A stretch of 57,292 bases of DNA, the filler included, from Platydemus manokwari (taxonomy: Eukaryota): the NCBI GenBank assembly GCA_037951405.1. It is 5 parts of 5 records of this genome, joined end to end, with 100 filler letters (N's around TTAATTAATTAA, not from the genome) between each part and the next. Parts side by side here need not be neighbours in the genome. Positions count along the whole stretch, not along the records: positions 47,521 to 57,292 come from JBBMOY011206988.1; 4 more parts are not named here. One strand, written 5' to 3'. Shown piece by piece: positions 47,746-57,292 of the stretch. How positions within the stretch are numbered: the stretch's first letter is position 1; every line of letters starts with the position of its first letter. The position numbers were made by a program, and so were the translations under genes. The notes under the pieces are model-generated. The model did not search any database and was not told where the DNA came from. It saw only the letters and a program-made list of their open reading frames with translations.

Positions 47746-48835
47746 TTAATTCGGCAGAACTGCATCCAATTCAGTTTCAATTCAGTGTAACAATTTTGTT
47801 GAGCCGACTTTGACTAGAATTGACTGCTCTAATATTAATTATGCATGGCATGGCTATACGGGCATTTGTTGTAACAATATTTATTTTTATTTTTGTTAAT
47901 GTATCTGTGTAATAACCGTCGAGCATTGTTGCCGTTTGAAATTGTCATCATACAATAAACGCGAGGCGATGAAAGAAATAAATAGGTTCTATAGTTCGTA
48001 CCTAGGGCTTGATCAGAACCACTTGTGACTGATTAAGACCATAGAATAAAATTAGATACTGATAAGGTTAATAGAAATAAAAACAGGCAAGATCCAAATG
48101 TAACAATAATAAAAATATTAATAAAAATAATAATAATAAATACAATAATAATGTGATTAAGCAGAAATGCTGATACAGCATTGTTTCGTCGGCATACAGT
48201 TCATAAAATTATCGCAATCATTTCCTTATTCGTTAAAACATTTTCAAAAATCAATTTAATTCACTCAGAAACAAAAAAATTTTTTTAAAAAAAAACAAAG
48301 CTCAAAAAATCAATATCAAAAAAATTTTAAAAAATCAATCTTATAATATTTCTCCGCGACACAATTCAAGGATAAAGCAATATTGGTTTCTGTCAAATCA
48401 ATGCGGCTCAAATATTGAAATAAAATTAGAATTTTTTCGTTGACATTATCGATACTGGCGATTATATTGACCTTATTATTAAAATTAATAATAATTATTA
48501 TTTTGTATTAATAAATATAATGACTATGAAAATATTATTATTGATAAAATTATTATTATTATTAATGATAATAAAATTATAAATAAAATATAATTATCAA
48601 TAATATCAGTAATAATATTAACAAGAAAATCTAATCATAATAATGTTAATAATATAAGTAATAAAAATAATCATTATATATTTTTCTACCCATAATTATC
48701 AAATAGGATCTCGATTCTGCAATCTCTTACATTTTGTATTCGAACTCAAGGTAACTCAAATAAATCAGAACAAATCCACATTAAATAATTAATCGCAACA
48801 CATACATACACACACATACACACTTTTGTACTTAC

Positions 48836-49732
48836 TTTGGCTAATCGGGCCCGGCGAATCAAATCATTGATTTTCCTAATAGCTGCATTCGATGGCAGAT
48901 TTTTCAGATCATCCATCAATTCCGTTTCTTCCAGCTGGAACAACTTTCTGCAATCATCAAAATGCAGTGGTTGATCCCAAAATGATCCCATATATACTCG
49001 AGGCACTTCTGGTGTATTTAAAACTTTCCCGAGACTCCATAACAATGCACCATAAACTTTCATCAGTTGTTGGGAATTTATCATATCGGCTTTATTGAGA
49101 AGAATTCGAATTTTGTTGTCATAATTTTTCAGAACATCAATAGTTCTTTTAAACTCATCAGAAATATCAAGTTTATGGGCATCAAATAGAAGAATTATTC
49201 GATCTACTCTCTGGGCAAACCAATCGATGACAGCTGTGTAATCATAACCCCTATCTACTCTTTGCTTTTCGCCACTTAAAATTCCAGGTGTATCGATCAA
49301 AGTTATACCTTTGAGAACATCATTAGACAACATTGAACACTGAAATCTATTTAAAAATGCATTTCCAAATTGATTTAAACCTCGAAAAGGTAATTTAGGA
49401 TCAGTTACTGCTGCTTGTCCAGGGATGACACTATTATTTTGATCACTATGCATTATCACTACAAATCTATCTGTTGTTGGTTCAGGTCCTATTCGTATTC
49501 CAGGAAAATCCTCTTCCAGTAAATATCTAATAAATGTGGTTTTACCAGTAGAATACTGCCCAATCAACAAAACCAGAGGTTTAGCTAAAAAATCACCTTC
49601 ATCTAATGTTGAAGAATGAAAGTATTCGAAATTGTATGCTTTTTCTAATGGAAGCAATTTTTTCAAATATAATTTATGTAAATTTTGTAAAACAGCAAAT
49701 GTTGAAGGATCTTCGACAATTTTTTTAGCCAT
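48836..49732 (-). CDS. EHD1: EH-domain-containing dynamin-like ATPase (EHD1/3, RME-1/Past1), first coding exon (299 codons); remaining exons not found
   Basis: LLPLE, P-loop GQYSTGKT, IGPEPTTD, IDTPGILSGEKQR, LLFDAHKLDISDEF, LNKAD, RVYMGSFW, NDLIRRARLAK, then donor GTAAGT at 48835. The ORF-track tail VSTKVCMCVYV.. is intronic. Confidence 0.93.
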
Positions 49733-51839
49733 TCTATAAACAATTAAAATATTATTTAAATTATCAAATTTTTTAAATCTAATTTAAAATCTAAAAATTA
49801 ATTTTAAAATTGCCAATACATCCAATTTTTCAAATCGCTTGTGTTAGAAGAGTTGTAATTAACGCATATAAACAAAAAGATTTGTGCAACGTTAAAGCAA
49901 CTACGTGATTTATTATTCTAATTTTAAAAAATAAATTCTAAATTTTCTATAATTAATTATGGTTTTTCATGGTAAAAATAAATTTATATTTTCTAAAATT
50001 TAAATGTCTAAAATTCATTTTGATAATAGAGATAAGTTACTTTCACATTAAAATGATAGTAAAATATTAGGTTAAACTCATTTTAATTATTTGTTTTGAT
50101 ACATTTGTAAATTAATCTGTTTATAATGCGAAATTTATTGAAGCTTATAATAATTAGCTATGATACTTAACAAAATATAAGCATTATAATTTCGCTTTTC
50201 AAAAAAAATTTTACTATCTCAATTAAAAGCTTTGTTCAAAAAGTAACAGATACATATGTTGTACGCATGTTTAGTATCAGAGTTAATTGCGTTATTGTAA
50301 AAATGAAAAAGCTGACCAATGCATTGCGGATGACAAGAATAAGTATGTTAAATCAACGTAATAGATAATAAAAGGTTTAGTTCATCGTAAAATTAAATAA
50401 TAGAAATTTAAAACCTTTATTTATTATATTTTGTATAAAATACTATGTAAACTCTATGTTGAAATAAAACTTGCTGAAAACTAATAAATTAATAGAAAAT
50501 CTCGATGTCAGTATATAGCTTACAACAGCTGGAAAAACAACCAGGTGTTAAGGGGAAGTAATACAAAAAATCGTAATTGAAAGTTCAGACACACCAGATG
50601 AGATGGACAGGACTCAAAAATATGAAGAACAGTTTCCTGTCAGACAATGGAAAAATGATGCATAGATTAAGTCATACAGGAAGAAAAGAGAAATAACTTT
50701 AAAAATGTATTAGACAATGGAATCTAATGAAGAAGAGAGGGAAGGAGAAATCAATGCACCAGAGATAGGATTAAATTGAAATTGTTTGGAAACCATAGAC
50801 CTAGTAGTGCTCTGCTCAGACAATGAGGAGAGCGAAGATGAGAAGATTAAATGAAAGAGTATAGTAACCGAGATAAACTCCTGCAGACATCAGAATGCCA
50901 AACATCTCAAAATACACTCAAGCATCTCAAATAACACAATTAACACAACAAGCATCCCAAACAGTGGACAAACATGGTCAAAACCAGGTAGAGTTCAAGA
51001 AGACGATAAAAACCCACATCACCAACTGAAAATGAAAAACACCTGGAAAGAAAAGCTGGACCTTGGATATAGACGCTTGAGTTCAGTGGAAGATTCAAAT
51101 AAATACTCGAGGTCCTGCTTCAAATTATCTTTTCTCAAAATCTACCAATTTTAATATAAAAAATCTACAAATTCCAACGTTCATCAACAATAAAGAATTT
51201 GTGAACTTTGTGACATTATTGACATTCATTTGACTCTCTTGATTATTATTATCTTATTAAAAATTATTTATTTGACATTTTTATTTTATAATTATTTGTA
51301 AAATATTGATTGATTTTGTAAATTGTGCACAAAAATATATATTATTATTATTATTTATATAGAGTTAGGGATTAATTAAATCCAAATAATATTTTTAAGA
51401 AACTAGACACATTAATCAAATGAAATAAGAAATAAAAGAAAAATTAATTAATAGTTTTAAAGGTTAAAAAATTATATAGTAAAACTTTTAATGCCATTAA
51501 AAAATAATGAATTTTTAAGGCTAGAGAACTTTAAAATTGCGAATAATATGGTTCAAAGTAATAAAAACGCTAAAAATTTGTGAGATTGATGGGAAAATTC
51601 TAGGTACAAAGTACCGAACTTCAGTAACTATATAAGCTGATGGATTTTCATCATGAAACACTATCATGAATTTAATGTGAAAATTTCGAATAAAGTAAAG
51701 ACTTTGAATAAAAGAGAAATTAAAGAAAGAGAAACCATTGGTAATTGAATTACCGGTAAAATTTCAATTGAAACAGAATGCTCAAAAGACCTTTTCGTTA
51801 CATATTATGTTACTCTATAATTAATTTGCTAGGACCTAC

Positions 51840-52600
51840 ATTCCAATTCTTGCGATCACGTCAATTAGATTACCACACCAATTTGTTTAAAACAAAATTC
51901 TCTATTAAATTAAACAGTGTGTAATTATTTGTTGTAAATTCATATTTTGTTGCCAAAAATAAACACTTTAAAAACTACTGTGTTATTATTGTGTGGATTA
52001 CTTAATCTTAGCAAATATAAACATAATAGAATTCACGTTGTCGAGTTGTTAGGAATATCAAACAAACGTCTATTATAATCCAACAAACGGTTTTGATAAA
52101 CTTGCAAATATAAAACTATAAACATCAATGTTGGGAAAGCATTTCTAACACAATTGCTTATTTAATCACCAAAGATGTAGCGATTATTGATATTTTTGTG
52201 CGATTCTTTAGAAAAGGGTAATTTTCATTGAGAAGTTCTCTACATATATTGCAATTATCCACTTGTAATTACCAAGATTAGAAAAGCTAAATGCATAAAA
52301 ATTTTCAAATAGACATCCCTGTTATATTATTGTTTCCACGTGTTTTCATTGGAATATAACTTCAATTTTACTGCTCAATATAAAATTCAAAGCTGTAAAT
52401 CGATGTTTTTGAACTGCTGAAAATTGTATTGATTCTTCCAGATTCAATTTGCAGTCTGATTATTTCAGCTGTATCTGATTATTGAACGATTGTGTAATAA
52501 AAAGTGTTTGGAAAACTGTCGTATTCATAACAGTATTGAAAAGTATTTATTGATTACCATCAATGTGTTTATCACGTAAGTAATGCATTTATATCATGGT
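51840..52600 (-). mobile_element. Possible decayed LINE RT and C-terminal fragment
   Basis: Minus-strand traces YLRDKH..GN (~52580) and SLSKP/LLDYN (~52090), resembling LINE YLxxRxQ and LIRPxLDY motifs. Weak. Confidence 0.22.
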
Positions 52601-53284
52601 TGATAAACAATATATAAAATCCATATGTTTAACCGAAACTCGTCAAAATAATAATAAAAAGGATTTTAGATATTTTATGGTGTGCTGATTACCGCCGAAT
52701 AATAAACGGTTTCCATATAATGATAAAATTCACATCCAGAATGAATATCAAATCATAATACTAATAAAATAAAAAATGCTCTTTTAAAAATATTGAAAAT
52801 TTGATCTTATTTGATCTCATACTATTTATGACTTAAATATTTTTCCGAATAAATTTAGTTTTACATTTTTAAATTAAACCATAAAACACTAACTCAGATA
52901 ACCTGTTAATATATGTGTATATAACATGGTTTTAAAACTCTTAATTGTTTAACATTATTATTTTATTCACAGATCCTTTTTCAATAAAATAAAATATCGA
53001 TTTTAACAATACTGAAACTGTAAAAAACCAATACTAATTTTACAATTATTATATTCATCTCACATAAATCTAAAATTATATTTCTCTAAAAAATCTTATA
53101 TTTAAATCATATATTTCTGAAAATTATGTAAAATAAACACTTTAAACGTAACAAAATGAAGAAAGTACATAAATGGATGCATCAATACCACGGTTTATTC
53201 ATTGAGTCTTTCAAAAACAAAAGAAAACTGCTATATTTTAGCTGTATCACAATTCGATAAAAATTGTAAAATCAGTCAATATTA

Positions 53285-56200
53285 TCACGACGGTAAAGCC
53301 CAACATATAGCTGTACGATCAGCACTGGTACTGACAAATGCCATTTCGTGAGGATGCCATCGACATTGAATAACTTTATCTTTGTGTTCGGCAATCGTCA
53401 CGTGAGATATCGGTTCTCGTAAATTATCTAAAATTTAATTCAAATCAATATCATCATTCGTTTTTCATATCATAATTTTCTATGGAGTACAATAAAAAAA
53501 TCAATTTTGTATTAAAATAGAAAACACGAATCCAATTTTTCATAAAATTTTTATAAATTAAAAATTGGATTTCAAATACTAAACTTTTTGAAAGAATTCT
53601 TTTATTTTTTGATTGTAAAACGAAATCAGGAGATTAAGGACATAAAACTTTTCGACAAAAAATAATCCCATTCATTTTATAATTCATATTTCAATCTATA
53701 AGATAAATCACGATCTTGTCCATGGAATATGAGTATTAAAGTGAAGACAATTCAAATGCTACAACACTAGGAAAACAGTAGGAAATAAATTTATATATGA
53801 ACTATATTAAATTGTATGGGATATATTTAATATCTGTTGCAGGGAATAACGTAAATCTTCGTAATATACAAATGGGTTAAATATAAATTTTAATTCAAAT
53901 AATATTTTTCAAATTACGTGTGAGCTTCAATATGTTTTCAACCACCATTAATGATTAATAATAATAATTTTATAATAACGATTTGATGGAGAATTTGTCG
54001 AATGAAAATTATAAATTAGGATCCTATTTTACATGAAATCAACCAATCAATCTTAATTGGTGTAAATTGAAAATAATTCGTTAATCTATTATGAAATTTC
54101 AAGAATAATTTTTATTTCATACCTTCTGTTATATCTCAAAATAAATTACGACAACATGTTATAAATTCACGGTATAAATATATGATATTACTAACTGCAG
54201 TATAAATGTTGTTATTAGTCGGAAGGACATTTTAATTTACCATATAAATATTTTCACACAATTCACCTCCTATATATTATTGATTTTATTGAAATTATTT
54301 CAACCTTTATTTAGTTAGCTTCCAATAACATCGATAAAATAATTTTCAACCTAAAGAACGTTAAAGAGATACGTGAGGGAGAGATATTTTATATAAATAC
54401 ATTTCATATTTCTGAAATGAAAATATCAATGTGGTGAATAATTCGAATTATTATGCTCATATTATAATTTATTGTGGATTATATAAGCTCGTGCTAGATT
54501 GCAACAACAGAGCCAAATTTTAACCAAGATCGATATATACGGGGTTTGACAAAAATAACGCAAAATTTTATAACGATTATTTTATGACTCCAATCATACT
54601 TTTAAAGATCGTTCAGAATCTAGAACTGATTTGAATTTCAAATTTGCTTTATTAATTCATCGCTTGTATTAAGCATAAATTGGATTCAAAAGCAAACGTT
54701 TGGTGTATATTTCATTGATCATGGAGAGCAGATTGTCTGTAGAAATGTTTGAACAGTGACGGTCATCATTTCGAAGACTGAATCACTATTCGAACATAAA
54801 CTGAAGTGACGTTTTCGTTGTGTTTGAATAAAGGCTTAATGTTTTACATGTATATTTTTATTTTAGATTTTGCGTTACTTTTGTCAAACCCTACATATAG
54901 AATCGTATTAAAATTATTAGTGCGCAAAGTTCTAGCCAATACACAGTGGCTAAGTAATTGAAATGATTGTCTCAAAGAATTATTATCCATAATAGAATCA
55001 TAAATCTATGCCAGATTATTGAATTAAAAACAAAGTCCTAGAAATATTCGGTATTTGAATCTATTATTCAAAAGAGAATGCTTAAAAGAAAGCTTTCAAG
55101 ATCAAATTATATTAGCATAAAGATGATACGAAATCTAAATGTGATTCGAAATTTAATATATTTTTAATCAATTTTTAATCAATCAATATTTCTTTCATTT
55201 TTCTCAAATTAATAAATCAATGAAAATAACAATTAGCTAGTTCCATTGCCATGGCAAATATTTAACGAATGACAATATATAATCGAAGATATTCTTGAAT
55301 AAAATTTGAAATATTAAAACTCCAATAATGTTTTACATCAATTTTAATTTTCATAAATTCAAGACAATTTCAAAGCCATCTTTATTCAAAGATCTCAATT
55401 AATTAAAGATAAAATATTTTAAGGATATCAGCAAAGCTAAAGTTGGTTATAAAAAACAAGTCTGGAAATATACGCAGTAAAACCGATTTATAGAAAGCAT
55501 TTAATTTTACTAGAAAAGAATTATAACTTTTATGAATTGATTTTCGATAACCATGGAAAAGAATTCATGGGTTTCGTGGAAAATTCTTTTATAAAGAATC
55601 ATTTTTGTAAATTCCATGGTGGATAGCATATTTGTTTGATTTATAATTTGAAGTTATTATAATATTACTATTATTATCTATGTTGAACATCACTCAACAC
55701 ACTACAGAAAAATTTAGTTCACATTTTTTTAACCGCAATTACTGTATAGATAAAAAGCTACTTCAACACTCAAGATCGATCAACTGAAATTCTCCAACCA
55801 TTCTAGTCGACCCACTGTCCTACCTACTTAGTAGACCTGACTATATTTTTATTATTTGCGAATCCTAAATTATAACATTCCGAAAAGCATATCAATGGTC
55901 TTAAGAACAGCCCTATTATCAAATACACATTCTTTATACAATTATTAAAACAAGATTAGAAACTTAACGAACTGATAAATCCGAACTACATTTTCATTAT
56001 TGTTAATCATATGAAAAATCGAACTTAATAATATCTTGAAATATTTCTGAAAATGAATTTAGTATTAGTAATGAAAATTTCGTACTGATATCATTTGCAG
56101 AAACTTAGCCATTGAAATAAATTACTTCACAAACAATATGTGAACAAAATCTACAAGCTGAATAATATTTCATGATCAATGATATTTTATGATTAATAAA

Positions 56201-56577
56201 ATGCTTCCTTCAAATTTGTGTCAGTCAAATAGAAATAGCGTGCACAGAAAAAATGATGACTCATTCATTGACAAGTTCAATTTTACTAGCAATATCGAAA
56301 CAAACAACCATTAATAATTTCACAAAATCTGACTAAATTAGCAAAAAAAAATTACGTTGTAAATCTGAAAGTATAATCTTGTTATCGTAACCACCACTCA
56401 GTAAGCACAGGGCATTATTCGAAAATCGAACAGATCTGACTTCATTTGAATGTAATTTACAGAGATTCAATGGGCTCGCTCCACGAATATCATACAGAGA
56501 TACTGAACTATCTTCATGTCCGCTTGCTAAAAGTAATCCTTTAGGATCTGTGCAAACGGAAGCAAACGCTCCTCCTT
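53285..56577 (-). CDS. WDR47: WD repeat-containing protein 47 (nemitin), last two coding exons
   Basis: Exon 56577-56356 reads [32 protein letters not shown]...[11 protein letters not shown]...[16 protein letters not shown]. Exon 53427-53285 reads [47 protein letters not shown]. Phase-1 GT-AG junction. [12 protein letters not shown] is characteristic of the WDR47 C-terminus. Missed by the ORF track. Confidence 0.92.
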
Positions 56578-57292
56578 CTAAAAATAATAATAATCTATTA
56601 ATAAAAAAATATTTTTATAACTAATTGCTTAATTTATAGAGCCAAATTTTAACATCCGTTTAAACCTCCCTACTGTTTCGATTACATTAGATTTTGTTAC
56701 CAATATAGGCATTTACATCGGTAGGGGATTGAAATATGAAATAAAAACACTGTAGATTTATTCTAACTTCTAATCTGATATTATGTACCTGTTGCTGATT
56801 CGAATAATTTTATAAATCTTATGTTCCCCCTCATTAATATTTTTACAGGTAGAATTCACATATTTCTCAAGCTTCACAGTATACATTGTATGTATCAAAA
56901 AAGATTATATTTACCATATTATAATTTTTGTTTTGTTTGTTCTTGAAGTTCTCAAATTGATCTCATTTATAACAGAAAAATATATCGAACAATTATATGA
57001 GTTTAACAGCATTATTAATGATCAATAAAAATGAGCTACAATCCGTGAAAATCCACTACGATATCAAAATATAAATGAATACTAAATACTGAAACGCCTT
57101 TAAAAAGTTTATTATATTTTTATTTTTGCCATACATTCATATATGTGCCCTTGATTATGAAAATGGTATAAGTCATATATTTCTTGTTTGGAGATATTAA
57201 GGGATTTGCATGTTTAAAAATTAAAAAATATTTGTGTATTATGGAATGAAATATTTTGACAATTAATTAGCGCCGGTAAATCAGCATTTAAT

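Noticed and set aside
47469-47790. Poly-Ile 'membrane protein' ORFs
   Set aside because: Translations of the AAT microsatellite and the N gap.
47985-48020. Hammerhead-like GGUU-CUGAUCA..CGAA-CUAUAG-AACC on minus
   Set aside because: Core G8 is C, GAAA is incomplete and there is no NUH cleavage triplet; better explained as a simple hairpin.
48892-49098. 68-aa plus ORF
   Set aside because: Antisense shadow of the EHD exon.
50520-51120. Purine-rich, higher-GC block between EHD and WDR47
   Set aside because: Looks like decayed retroelement coding sequence, but has frequent stops and no diagnostic motif.

Overview
Very AT-rich eukaryotic (animal) genomic DNA. The 40-61 nt minimal introns mixed with multi-kb, repeat-filled introns are most consistent with a flatworm such as a planarian (inference, not proven). 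Four identical 100-nt N spacers with a central TTAATTAATTAA split the window into five segments, so linkage across them is unreliable. Genes reconstructed by hand: the last exon(s) of a GRB2/Drk-type C-terminal SH3 protein (+); a complete intronless GPR19-like GPCR (-); a complete 8-exon ERK5/MAPK7-like kinase (-, 660 aa, atypical TQY activation motif) ending only 257 bp upstream of the GPCR; a divergent pair of two-exon, probably GPI-anchored Ly6/uPAR (CD59-like) genes with homologous promoters; the first exon of an EHD-family ATPase (-); and the last two exons of WDR47 (-). The rest is mostly decayed transposons: Ty3/gypsy, Buster-type hAT, mariner, a pogo-like MITE, and LINE and Penelope fragments. 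Best leads are the possible dicistronic/overlapping ERK5-GPR19 unit, a candidate 9-nt microexon in ERK5, and the Ly6 pair with a conserved promoter but divergent ligand-binding domain.
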